Assembly (NCBI GenBank): GCA_951406725.2
Contig: OX597832.1
Span: forward strand, 24,490,001-24,554,000
Reading direction: 5' to 3'
DNA from: Octopus vulgaris
Lineage: Eukaryota
DNA length: 64,000 nt
Of the stretch, positions 1 through 12,956 are shown in pieces (position 1 is the first letter of the stretch; each line of letters opens with the position of its first letter). The translations under genes and the position numbers were made by a program. The notes under the pieces were generated by a model that was not told the origin of the DNA, did not search any database, and saw nothing but the letters and a program-made list of their open reading frames with translations.

Positions 1-29
1 AGCACGTGGTTGAATATATAGAAAATAGT

Positions 30-196
30 AAAAAGTGAAAAAACTACAGAAGGCTTGTTTTAAAAGGTTAAAAAATATATATTTGAGTCATTATGTCATT
101 GTATGAAAAAAATTTATAACATTCTTCAGACATAATGACTCAAATATATATTTTTTAACCTTTTAAAACAAGCCTTCTGTAGTTTTTTCACTTTTT
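30..196. repeat. Perfect inverted repeat (foldback), 68-bp arms, 31-bp spacer
   Basis: 30-97 is the exact reverse complement of 129-196 (read base by base). Confidence 0.9.
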
Positions 197-197
197 G

Positions 198-304
<107 letters not shown>

Positions 305-520
305 AGATTCAACAGAACCTAAGTACATCAACACTAGCCAGAAATTGTTGGGTACAATAACACAGGATTCACAATGAGTAAAACACCCATGGAGATATCA
401 GCTGTTGCTAGGATACTGTAGATATGTAACTACCAAATCCAGGTTCAAACCGTATTCCGACTCAACGCTGGTTGTAGGTGCGGCGTAGGTATAAAAAAAG
501 AACACATGTATGTATATTAC

Positions 521-587
<67 letters not shown>

Positions 588-690
588 TATAATTAATAAA
601 TAAAATATTAGGGAATAAATCCAAACTTACAGGGAAAAATCAGATTTAGGATTGAATCCAATTTTATAGTAAAATATTATATTATATTAA

Positions 691-918
691 ATTAGAGATA
701 AAACCACTATTAGGCAAATCAAACAATGAAAAACTTAAGCCAATACATAAAATTAATTAATTTATATTATTTTAAGTATATATCAAAATTATTAAAAATT
801 TAATAAAAGATAATTTTTAATAATTTTGATATATATTTAAAATAATATAAATTAATTAATTTTATGTATTGGCTTAAGTTTTTCATTGTTTGATTTGCCT
901 AATAGTGGTTTTATCTAA
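691..918. repeat. AT-rich foldback element, ~105-bp near-perfect arms, inserted in (TA)n
   Basis: 691-800 is reverse-complementary to 812-918. A single arm of the same family recurs at ~30740-30830. Confidence 0.8.
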
Positions 919-922
919 TATA

Positions 923-979
<57 letters not shown>

Positions 980-1145
980 TAGGGAGCGATTTAGCAATGT
1001 GTTACGGAAAAGGAAAACTATAATTGTCATTAAATATAACTGAGGGTGTTAGAACACCGACAATGCTAGAAATAAGAGCTAAATAGCTCTAATGCTGCAG
1101 TCAAAGCACATAGTTGTATAGACACATACCGACAGCGACTGCAAT

Positions 1146-1358
1146 CACCCCGAAAGGATGAAAGTCGACCTCGGTGGAATTTGAACGCAGAACGTGGCGG
1201 AAGACGAAATATCACTAAGCATTTTGCCCGGCGAGCTAACGCTTCCATTTAATAGAAATATTCTTTTGTACTATAGGCACAAGGCCTGAAATTTAGTGGG
1301 AGGGGCCAGTCGATTAGATTGACCCCAGTACGCAACTGGTACTTAATTCATTGACCCC
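1146..1358 (-). mobile_element. Two fragments of tRNA-derived SINE family C
   Basis: Shares 'ccccgaaaggatgaaa..gtcgacctcgg.ggaatttgaac' and 'gaccccagt..gcaactggtacttaatt' with the full copy at 18051-18282. Confidence 0.7.
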
Positions 1359-1534
1359 GTTACTTGTTGACTCTCTTTCTCTCTCTCGCTCTCTATCTAT
1401 CTATCTATCTATCTATCTCTTAATGTGTGTATGTATCTACATATATGATTATATATAAATATTTATGAGAATACAAATGCGTGTGTGTATATATACATAA
1501 ACAAACATATCTACCTACCTGCCTACCTACCTAG

Positions 1535-1583
<49 letters not shown>

Positions 1584-1721
1584 CATATATGATTATATAT
1601 AAATATTTATGAGAATACAAATGTGTATGTATATATATATATACATACATAAACAAACATATCTATCTATCTATCTATTTATCTACCTACCTACCTGTCT
1701 GTCTGTCTGTCTGTCTGTGTG

Positions 1722-1803
<82 letters not shown>

Positions 1804-2880
1804 CATCTATCTATTCTTATCGTCTACTTATATTCGTTCATAGACCTATATACATTGAGAAAATAAATACTTTATACAGTTTGTTATGCTTCATATAAAA
1901 GAAATTCTTTACTTTCGCTATTCCATTTTCTACTTACAATTGCCAGAATATCTAAACTAAAGATAATCAAGGAAATACACTCTAGAATTTACCATAATTA
2001 CCTATTTACCTGCTGGGTCAATAACTGCTTCATTTTCGAAACGATTTTCTCTTCTATTCTCTTTTGTTTATGTGTGTTGCTTTATATCTTTTCGCTTTGT
2101 TTACTTCATCTTATTTAATTATATGCATATGTATATATGTGTATATATGTCATACACACAAGCACACATATATATGTGTATCTATATTTGCCTTTGTATA
2201 CTAGCAAATGTAGGTACGTATGGATGTATATATATATGTGTGTGTAAAGTAATAGGTATTTGCATGGACGAAAATAGAGTATAATGAAATATTTATATAA
2301 TACGGTATAGTCTGTCAGTGATAATACATTTTTACTTGACTTTTCATACTCTTTTAATGGAAAGCGATTATCAGAGGATAAATGCCAAACAGAAAATGCA
2401 GACCATACAAAAATGACAAATCTTTGTGAGTTAGATATAGTTGAGAAGAGCCTAATGTTCAAAATCTTTTAAATACATCTGAGAACCTAGTAAATATTAG
2501 ATCAGAGATATTTACTAAATACAACCACATCAGCGAGTGTCTTCTGTAACACTGAAATATCATACCACTAACTACATGACTGATAGTTACTTGACTTTCA
2601 CCGTAACAAAAATTAACCATTTCACTTTTAACCCACTATTAATATTCCTGAATTCATTTTATCGAAGTACACTTTGGTATTTTCGGCTCATTATGCTTCT
2701 ATACGTAACCATTTAGATTACATGAGGCATTCAAATACTCTTTAATAGCTGTTTATCAAAATAGTTTATTCATTGTAAACCTCATTACATATTCAGTTAT
2801 TTGAATCTTCGAGAATATAGATTTTGTTCAGTTTCTTTTTCATCTTCTTATAAGATGCAAATCGGTTGAATTATCCCTGC

Positions 2881-2970
<90 letters not shown>

Positions 2971-2980
2971 TATATATATA

Positions 2981-3033
<53 letters not shown>

Positions 3034-3336
3034 GTAAATGTACATACATCTATATGTATATGCATAGGTGGAAACAGGACGTCATGAAACGTGTACAACT
3101 AAAAATACGAAGTACGAGTACATGGAATATAAAGCATTTTTTCGAACAACGAAAGACACAAATGGAAAACAAAACAAACAGCATAAAGAACGACCCTTCA
3201 TCAGTTGTTGGCTGTTTTTCTACTCTCGTATTTCGAGCATGTAACAACAATACACACTTTCGATAAAACAGTTGCTCCCGCAAAAGCAAATTAAAAAAAA
3301 AATTTGGGATTTTGCGGAGGGTCATATATACATATA

Positions 3337-3812
3337 TCAGTTCAGTTAAATAAAGATAAAACATGGTCTGGTTTTTACGTTTTGTATCATGATATTTTAA
3401 CATTAAAAAAAGTATTTTTTAATGCTTATAAAGTAATCATCAAATTTGAAATCTGTTTAACTGACAGTTGAGTTCTTGACAACTTTAGTACCTCCTAGAA
3501 CGATCCAACAAACATATAAATATAAACAAATTACAGAAATATAGGTACGCCTGGTAAACAGCGATGTTTAAGCTGCATGCGGATTGGTTAAAACTGTATT
3601 CTAAAAATTCAGTTTCTTGGAACGTTCGAAGAGGCACTAAATTTGTCAAGGATTCAACTGTCAGTTAAATAGATTTAAAGTCTGATGACTACTCTATGTC
3701 TGAAAGCGCTATTTTAACTTTATTAGCATTATGAAATATATATTTTTTAATGTTAAAATACCATAATGAAAAACATGAAAAACCAGACCATGTTTTAACT
3801 GTATTCAACTGA
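3337..3812. repeat. Imperfect foldback element (~170-bp arms); right arm carries a degenerate hammerhead-like core
   Basis: ~3337-3510 is reverse-complementary to ~3615-3812. CTGATGA...GAAAGCGCTA at ~3681-3711 lies partly in a stretch absent from the left arm. Confidence 0.65.
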
Positions 3813-3846
3813 TAATGGTTTTGATTTACTGTCAGTTGACTTTTCG

Positions 3847-3903
<57 letters not shown>

Positions 3904-3950
3904 GTATATATATAACACACACACACACACACACTCACACACACACACAT

Positions 3951-4001
<51 letters not shown>

Positions 4002-4004
4002 TAA

Positions 4005-4230
4005 AAACGGGATGAAAGGTCTCTCCCGAGACACAGGTTTGTAGGTCTTGTTTACCGGATTTTGTGACGTATATACTTCCGTCCTTTCGGATGGAACACT
4101 GGTCCGCAGTAGGATCACTCAGTTTTGCCATCTGACTGGAGTGGAACAACGTGAAATGAAGTGTTTTGCTCAAGAATACAACTTCATCGCCCAGATCAGG
4201 AATCGAAACCACGCACATCCACCGCCACAC
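4005..4230 (-). mobile_element. Degenerate SINE fragment
   Basis: Minus strand reads 'ggtttcgattcc' (B-box-like), then 'ttcttgagcaaaacacttcatttcacgttg', similar to the other SINE heads in the window. Confidence 0.45.
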
Positions 4231-4928
4231 ATAGTAATGTACACACACGCAAAACACACAGACACACATGCGTATATAAGTTCGCCCATCTGTACTTCTT
4301 CATTGCTCTTTTCCTCTTGGCTCTCAGATCCATTATCTTACTACAAGCGCCATTTATACTGTAACAATGGCGACCATGCATCTCCTTTATTTTCTCACTG
4401 ATTTGCTCTCATTTCCAGAAAACTAATGCATCCCTTTTGTATTTATTTCACACAGAGATTGCGGCCATTCTCACAGCATAAATATTAGTTTTAGATTTCG
4501 TTTCATTAGTTACCGGCAGCAGCTGAATTTTGCAATTTCTGTAAATATGTATCTCTAGCCGGAGGTTTATATAAACATACATGCATGCATATATGCATAT
4601 GTATGTATGTATGCATACATATATACATATGCATACGTACATACGTACGCACACACAAGCACGCATACACTTAGTCACACAAGTGCGAGAGTAGGTTACT
4701 CATTTAATTTTAGGCTTGAATTACGAAGATTATGACTATTAGCCCCACGTTTCACCGATTTTCATGTAAGCAATTTAATAAAAGAGACAACTGTTTTTGT
4801 ATCTACACATGGTATGAGATATATGCGTATAAGTACGCTAACAAGGCACACACACGCACGCACACATATATACCCATACATACATACATACATACATACA
4901 TACATACATACATACATACATACATACA

Positions 4929-4995
<67 letters not shown>

Positions 4996-5133
4996 TAAGT
5001 ATATAATTCTAAAAATATATATGCTTAAAAATTAATTTTATCGATATTGTGGTTTTTTACCCGCTAGTCACTGATACAATCATTTTAATGATTATATCCT
5101 CAATTTATAAGTATATATATGTACATACATACA

Positions 5134-5169
<36 letters not shown>

Positions 5170-5489
5170 TATATATATGAAACGTTTAGTAACAGAGTAT
5201 CGTATGCGCCACCCCGTCCATTATCAAGGTTAGTATATCATTCTCTTTGTCGCGACGTCTAGAATGCGAAAAAATTATTATAGGAAAAAAACCCCTTTCA
5301 AAATAAGGAATACGAACAAAAGATAAGAAAAAACCCTGAAGGAGTATTCTCCCCTTAAGGAGAATTTTCACCCTCTCTGTCATCTTATAGTAATTACTCA
5401 CTCTCTCTTGCAGTCTGTCTCTCGCTGCCTGACTGTCTGTCACTCACTCTCTTCCAGCAGCTGCGGTCACCAGTCAGGTAACCATGCAT

Positions 5490-5702
5490 AATCTTTTCTA
5501 TTGTAGGCTCAAGGCCCGAAACTTAAAGGGAGGGAACTAGTTGATTACATCGACTTCAGTGCTCGACTGGTTATTTCATCGATTCTGAAAGGAAGAAAGT
5601 TAAAATCGATCTTGGCAGAGGTTGAATTCAGAACTTAAAGCCGGAAGAAATGCCACTAAGCATTTTTCTCCGGCGAGCCAATGATTCTCTTAGCTCATGG
5701 CC

Positions 5703-5705
<3 letters not shown>
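5490..5705 (-). mobile_element. Diverged SINE family C copy
   Basis: Colinear similarity with 18051-18282 and with the tail of 61591-61808. Confidence 0.6.
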
Positions 5706-5737
<32 letters not shown>

Positions 5738-5759
5738 GTAAATAAATAAATAAGTATAA

Positions 5760-5962
5760 TAAATATAAGTACCTGGAAATTGAAATACAAAAGGTGTGGC
5801 ATCTTAAAATGAGAACTTTTCCTGTTGTAGGTGCCCAAGGTATGATAAGAAAGGGATGTCAGAAACATCTAGAAAAGATCCCAGGAGAACCATGACTCAG
5901 AGAAATCTAAAAGATTGTGCTGCAAGTACTGCCCACGTCCTTAGAAAAACCCTGTCCATTTT
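5760..5962 (+). mobile_element. 3' fragment of R4/Dong-type non-LTR retrotransposon (RLE C-terminus)
   Basis: Translates KYKYLEIEIQKVWHLK..GMIRKG..STAHVLRKTLSI, matching the C-termini at 49582-49860 and 53534-54127. Follows an (AAT)n tract. Confidence 0.75.
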
Positions 5963-6439
5963 CACCACCACCACCACCACCACCACCTTTTTCTTCTTCT
6001 TCTTCTTCTTCTTCTTCTTCTTCTTCTTCTTCTTCTTCTTCTTCTTCTTCTTCTTTTACATACATACTTGCACATGCACACACACACATTCACAGAAGCT
6101 GGATGGAGATCTTGAAAACTTAAACCTTTCACATTGTCATCATATTCTTTATACAGAGAATAAATAATGTCAGTTTGTCTTTTACATATAATAAAAGACA
6201 GAGAAACGATCGGTATAAATGAAAAAAAAAAGCAAAAAGCATTCAGTGTGAGACACGAAAATATTTCATAACTTCGATCGTTGATGCAATCTAATTCACA
6301 AGTTTGTTGTTCCTTTCAATAACATATATCTATACACCCATCCGCTGTATTCCATAATACACCCCGTGTATTACACCCTAAGCCGTGTGTGCACACTTTT
6401 GTAAGCTTCGATTATTGCAGCAGACAGTTTATAAAGGGG

Positions 6440-6463
6440 AGGAGAAGAAGAAGAAGAAGTAGA

Positions 6464-6544
<81 letters not shown>

Positions 6545-6687
6545 AAGGAGGAGGAGGAGGAGGAGGAGGAGAAGAAGAAGAAGAAGAAGAAGGAGGAGGA
6601 AAAGAAGAAGGAGGAAGAAAAGAAGAAGAAGGAGGAAGAAAAGAAGAAGAAGAGGAAGGAAAATAATAATAATAATAATAAGAAGAA
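6440..6687. repeat. Compound trinucleotide microsatellite (AAG)/(AAT)/(GAG)
   Basis: Direct reading. Confidence 0.95.
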
Positions 6688-7013
6688 GGTAAGCTTAGTG
6701 AAATGTTCATGGATATACGTATGTAAGTATTCAATTATGCATGCGTGTATGTGCGTAGGTATGTTGTTATTTACGTATATATGTCGGTAGGAAGGAAAGA
6801 AAAAATACTAGTAAAACTTTATTTCACTTATTTAAACTAATATTAATCAATTAATATAGATTATTGATAATCTGTACAGGAAACACGTTTGTGAAATTCT
6901 ATGTTGAATGCTTCAGGACGTACTTTTACAGAACTACTGTTATCTTTTTGTAAAAAATAAACAGACAATAAGATAGGAGAAACAGCGGTAATATTATCAT
7001 AACCACAACGGAA

Positions 7014-7108
<95 letters not shown>

Positions 7109-7118
7109 TGATGATGAT

Positions 7119-7187
<69 letters not shown>

Positions 7188-7231
7188 TAATAATAATAAT
7201 AATAATAAAAAATAATAATGATGATGATGAT

Positions 7232-7265
<34 letters not shown>

Positions 7266-7290
7266 TAATAATAATAATAATAATAAAAAC

Positions 7291-7346
<56 letters not shown>

Positions 7347-7431
7347 TAATAAAAAATAATAATAAATAACAATAATAATGACGATGATAAGAATAATAAT
7401 AATGATAATAACAATAATAATGATGATGATC

Positions 7432-7508
<77 letters not shown>

Positions 7509-7574
7509 TCTTCCAAATATTGGCTGAAGGAGTAAATTTAAGGAGAGGAAATAATCGATTACATCAACTTAAAT

Positions 7575-7646
<72 letters not shown>
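7014..7646. repeat. Long interrupted (AAT)n/(GAT)n microsatellite
   Basis: Direct reading. Confidence 0.95.
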
Positions 7647-7648
<2 letters not shown>

Positions 7649-7729
7649 TTCCATTTATTTACTACCAGGGCAAAGGATAAGAGGACAATGCAGAGACAGA
7701 CATAAAGTGTGGGTGTTTAGCATGGAGTC

Positions 7730-7917
7730 AAAAGCGTCCCGGAATCGGAAGAACGTAGGATTTCGGGGGACTTTCCTATTCAAACGGACAAGAAGTTAGA
7801 AAGTAATAGATTAGGATTAGACGTAACAATTACAAAAAGAACATTCCCTTAGAATTTGAAATAGGAAGAATTTGGAGCATGCGAATAGTAAAGGTCGAGC
7901 CTATAATAATTGGTACT
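7730..7917 (+). mobile_element. Degraded R4/Dong RLE-domain fragment
   Basis: Translates ..DFPIQTDKKLESNR..LEFEIGRIWSMRIVKVEPIIIG, homologous to LWDMPIHTDREIKANR..EIKVTRMWNLKTETIPIIVG. Confidence 0.6.
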
Positions 7918-8318
7918 CTCTTTACTCTCTTTTACTCTTACCGGTTTCAGTCATTTTGACTGCGGCCATGCTGGAGCATCTCCTTTAGTGGAGCAAATCG
8001 ACCCCAGGACTTATTCTTTGTAAGCCTAGTACTTATTCTATCGGTCTCTTTTGCCGAACCACTAAGTTACGGAGACGTAAACACACCATCATCGGTTGTC
8101 ATGCGATGTTGGGGGGACAAACACAGACACACATATACACACACATATATACATATACATATATACGAAGGGCTTCCGTCTACCAAATCCACTCACAAGA
8201 CTTTGGTCGGCACGAGGCTATAGCAGAAGACACTTGCCCAAGGTGCCACGCAGTGGGACTGAACCCGGAAGCATGTGATTGGTAAGCAAGCTACTTACCA
8301 CACAGCCGCTCCTGTGCC
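7915..8318 (-). mobile_element. tRNA-derived SINE family A (CORE-like body, internal microsatellite, (GTAAAAGA)n tail)
   Basis: Minus strand has A/B-box-like head 'ggctgtgtggtaag..gggttcagtccc' and 'ccttgggcaagtg' (resembles the CORE domain). At least five full copies in the window. Confidence 0.85.
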
Positions 8319-8949
8319 TATATGTTAAGCAAAGGTGTTCACAAATGGCCGAGGGTGATTGAAATAGAATGCCCTGTAGAGATCCGAGGGGATATTTGTC
8401 TCATAGGGAAAGCAATGATTATGAGAATGGATTTGGTAGATGAAAACTGAAAGAATCCCGTCATATATGTGTGTGTGTGTGTCTGTATCTGTGTCTGTCT
8501 GTCTGTCTGTCTGTGTCTGTGTATGTCCACCCACCATCGCATAACAACCGATGTTGGTGTGTTTAAGTCCCCGTAATTTAGCGGTTCGGAGTGTTGTTGG
8601 AGTGGATGTTGGAAAAGTATTAGTGCAGAATAAGACTGGCACTGTAGTAGCATTGGAGTGGCATGGCGTGACGTAGATATGGCACGAATAAGCTGGAAAG
8701 TATATTTATTATTTAGCCTTTGATCAGCGTGTTTGATGCAAACAATTGTCGGGTCAAACCCAGCGACCCAGGGCAATGTTGTCAGGTGCTTGCTGCCCTC
8801 TACAAGTAGAGCAATGCGGTTAGCAGGGGTTCTACGTTAGCTATGTATGGAAATCTAGCGGCGGTTAAGAGCGATGACGTTTTTGGAGAAACTGTGGACG
8901 TCGAAGTGGATGAAGTAGCTGGTCTCTTTCGGATCGGGAACTAAAATGA

Positions 8950-9183
8950 ATAACTTCCGAAAACCCCTGGCCTGGCAGTGCTACCGAGGAGCAGCACCGA
9001 TTCGGAATAAACTCTGCAGACAGAGAAGTGCCGCCAAGCGGGTCTGTACGTAGAGCGACAAAATGGTACAGCTCGCACTCATGCAGTTTCCAAGCATTAC
9101 TCGGAAACTGCACGTTGTGGAGTTATGTCTCCATCGGTGCTGCTCCTCGTTAGCACTGCCATGCCAGGGATTTCTGGAAGTTA
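8950..9183. mobile_element. GC-rich MITE-like element with ~52-bp terminal inverted repeats
   Basis: 8950-9001 is reverse-complementary to 9133-9183 with ~5 mismatches. Confidence 0.55.
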
Positions 9184-9466
9184 TGCCTGGCTCATAAGGG
9201 CTGGTTTCCCGGTTTCCTTGGCATATAGTTTCCCCACCTAGACGGGACGCCGGTCCGTCGCAGGTGAGCTGCAAGATGCAGGAGGAAAGAGTGAGAGAAA
9301 GTTGTGGCGAAAGAGTCAGCAGAAGTTTTGCCATTACCTTCTGTCGGAGCCGCGTGGAGATTAGGTGTTTCGCTCATAAACACACATATCGCTCGGTTTG
9401 AGATTCGAACCCGCAATCCCTCGACCGCGAGTCTGCTGCTCTAACCACTAGGCCATGTGCCTCCAC
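9184..9466 (-). mobile_element. SINE family B-related head with its own 3' tail
   Basis: Minus strand 'tggaggcacatggcctagtggttagagcagcagactcgcggtcg..ggttcgaatc' and 'ccacaactttctctcactcttt' are shared with 24521-24903. Confidence 0.75.
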
Positions 9467-9763
9467 ATGTAAAAAGTGGGGTAAAGTGACAAAAAATAGT
9501 TATTCTATTGCACTGTATTTTCAGGCACCGATTTCTCACTCGCTCCAGAAATAATTCCAAACTGCAAAAAGTTGTTTTAACACAATGGAAACAATGGAAG
9601 GAAAATACTTTTAATTTAAACGAATAAAAAAAAACAAAAACTGATTCTCTGATTCCAACTGGAAATGATTGAAACCAGACTTCCAATTAATTGTTTGATA
9701 ATAAGTAGTAATTAAGTAGGTTACTTTGATGAATTACTTTCATCTAACGCAACAGTGTTTAAG

Positions 9764-9810
<47 letters not shown>

Positions 9811-9972
9811 CAAACACATGCGTATATATACATACACACACATATATATATACATATATATATATACGTGTATATATATTATGTATATATATATATGTAT
9901 TTATATGTTTATATATATATATGAATATATATATGTTATATATGTATGTATGTATATACATGTACACATACA

Positions 9973-10060
<88 letters not shown>

Positions 10061-10061
<1 letters not shown>

Positions 10062-11268
10062 CTGTCACAAACTGCGTGGTCTCGGCATAGGCGGGAAACT
10101 TGGAGAGTGGCTGCACAACTTCCTAAAAGACAGAAAACAGGCAGTTGTGAGCAATGGAGCCACCTCCAGGGAAACGCAAATAACAAGCGGTGTCCCACAG
10201 GGCACTGTCTTGGGGCCACTGATGTTCATAGTGGCCCTTTCAGACATGCCTTCAGTTGCTACGATGACCACCCTTGCTAGCTATGCAGATGACACAAAGG
10301 TCTCCCACGCAATACAGAACCCTGAAAATATTGCGCATCTGCAACATGAGCTGGACACAATATACAGGTGGGCTGAGGACAACAACATGCAGTTTAATGC
10401 AGGTAAGTTCCAGGCCCTGCGCTACTGGCACACAAAGGTAAATGACGTGAAGACTGGATACACTGGCCCAGGAAGAATTGCAATCCCTGAGTCAAAATCA
10501 GTGCGTGACCTGGGCATTGACATGAGCAATGATGCATCTTTCCAAATGCATATTGCTAATCTGGTGATAAAATGCAGACGGCTAGCTGGATGGATTCTCC
10601 GAACTTTCAGAACAAGAGAGAAGGAGACACTGATGGTCCTATGGAAAACATTTGTCCTCAGCCGCTTGGACTACTGCTCCCAACTTTGGTCACCACACAA
10701 TATAAAACAAACAGCAGAACTCGAAGCAACTCAGAGAAGCTACACAAAGAAAATCGTCTCAATGCAAAATGTCAGCTACTGGGAAAGACTGAAGGTATTA
10801 AACCTCTTCTCCCTGGAGCGGAGGCGGGAGAGATATGCAGTAATATACATCTGGAAAATCCTGGAGGGTCTTGTCCCAAACTTTGGCATTCAAAGTTACT
10901 CCAACCGCAGAACGGGCGCCGCTGCGTGGTGCCAAGGATTCCAACATCACCATCAAAATACAGGTCCAGATACTGCAACAGCTTGGGTTTCAGAGGACCA
11001 CAGCTTTTCAACATCCTCCCTAAATGCCTGAGAGACTTACATGGTGTGGATGTGGGTTTCTTTAAAACTAAACTGGATCTCTTCTTGTTGGGAGTCCCAG
11101 ATGAACCTACCTCACGACAGGAGACACGGATGCGGGCAGCAGCATCGAACTCCCTTGTTGATCAAGTGCCACGTATCAGAGGTGGATTCACAAACTAGTG
11201 TGGCTCATTCAGCGGTGGTGCCCCAGCATGGCCGCGGCCTTCGGGCTAAAACATTTTTAAGGATTTAA

Positions 11269-11271
<3 letters not shown>
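10061..11271 (+). mobile_element. 5'-truncated CR1-group LINE (RT C-terminal half plus 3' UTR), one frameshift near 10915
   Basis: [45 protein letters not shown] motifs. The frame continues in ORF 10572-11198. Ends in an (ATTTAAGG) repeat and is flanked by (TA)n on both sides. Confidence 0.92.
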
Positions 11272-11314
<43 letters not shown>

Positions 11315-11400
11315 TGGCGGAAACAGTGTTTATACGTATGTGTGTGTAGGCATTTTTCCATGTACATGTGAGAGTATTTGAGTGTATATGTGTTACATAT

Positions 11401-11464
<64 letters not shown>

Positions 11465-12332
11465 TTGTGTGTGTGTGTAAATGCATACAAATATGTGCGT
11501 AATATATATGTTGAAGTACATATAAATATATATATATATATACTTACATGTATATATGAGTGCGTATATGTATGTATGCGGTGTGCGTGTTCGTGTGTGT
11601 GTGTGTGTGTGTGGGTGTATATAAATATATGGCAGTGCCACAGTGTCATCGCAGTCACATGACTGAAATCATTGAAATAACAAAAGAATACGGTCACACA
11701 TGCTTTCGTACTCGCACCAAATTCTACATACATGCATATTTATATGTTTACACACACACACATATATATATATATGTATATACATACATATATATGTGTC
11801 TGAGAGTATGAGAGCGTATATGTATTTATATGTGTATAATTTCGCGCAAGTACTAATGTATGTGTGGCCGTATTCCTTTGATCTTTTAATGGTTCCAGCC
11901 AAGTCTTTGCGGCCGCGCTGGGGCACCACCCTATCGGCTATATGGATACCAATATATATTTTACCAAGTACATTTTTGTTCATCGATTTACAATTATCTA
12001 AATTTTATACTGTATAATTTTAATACGCGCCTTGTATACGTTTGTATGTGTGTGGTTTTCTGTGTTGTTTTTTTTTTTCGTTTTTGTGTTTTTTGTGTTT
12101 ATGTGTGCACCAGCAAGCACTTTACCACACTTCTTTCCTCCTGGGTAAACTTTGCCTTTCATCATTTAGGGGTGGGTAAAACAAGGAACCAGTCAGGAGC
12201 ATGGCAGCAGTCTTATACTCAAAATCAGCAAAAAAAAAAAAAAAAACAAAATCATTAAAAATAAGAACAACAGCTACAACAATAATATAATGAGAGTAGG
12301 CGGTGGCAGTGACGAGGCGCCGGCTAATTAAC

Positions 12333-12360
12333 GTGACGTCACAAGATTGTATGACGTCAC
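12333..12360. promoter_or_regulatory. Two full palindromic CRE motifs (TGACGTCA)
   Basis: TGACGTCA at 12334-12341 and 12352-12359 in a locally CpG-containing patch. Function not shown. Confidence 0.3.
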
Positions 12361-12549
12361 GTACAGGAGTTTTCACTAACACTACAATGTAATTACAATT
12401 GACAGACGCGTTAGACTGCTGTCTGCTAACTGATGAGCCAGCGTTTTTGTTGTTCTTGTAGCTGTTGTTGCTTTTCCTGTTGATGGTTTTCTTCTTTTTT
12501 TTATGTTGTTAGATTTTTGATATTCATTACGATAATGATGATGGAACAG

Positions 12550-12812
12550 TTTTGATAATAAGGATCATCACTCTCGTTGTGGCCGTCATCGTCGTCGTCG
12601 ACGGTATCATCACCATCATCATCATCATCAGCAACACCAGCAGCAGCAGCTACGGCATCGTTATCATCATCATCATCATCATCATCACCATCATCTTTCT
12701 CATCATCGTCGTTATCATGTTATGGTGTCGACTAGTAGCAGTAGTAGCGGTGGTAGTAGTAGTAGTAGTAGTAGGAGGAGGAGGAGGATGAGGAGAGGGG
12801 GAAGGAGGAGAG
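12550..12812. repeat. Compound trinucleotide microsatellite (CGT/CAT/CAG/TAG/GAG)
   Basis: Direct reading. Confidence 0.85.
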
Positions 12813-12856
12813 TAAGATGTTGAACTAGCAGAATCATTAGCGTGTCGGACAAAATG

Positions 12857-12956
12857 NNNNNNNNNNNNNNNNNNNNNNNNNNNNNNNNNNNNNNNNNNNN
12901 NNNNNNNNNNNNNNNNNNNNNNNNNNNNNNNNNNNNNNNNNNNNNNNNNNNNNNNN
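12857..12956. other. Assembly gap (100 N)
   Basis: Run of exactly 100 N. Confidence 1.

Noticed and set aside
8590-8945. Possible solo LTR on the minus strand (AATAAA, ..CA end)
   Set aside because: No matching TG start, TSD or second copy could be identified.
9946-11031. 361-aa ORF as a host gene or active LINE
   Set aside because: The N-terminus is microsatellite; the rest is a 5'-truncated, frameshifted LINE RT.
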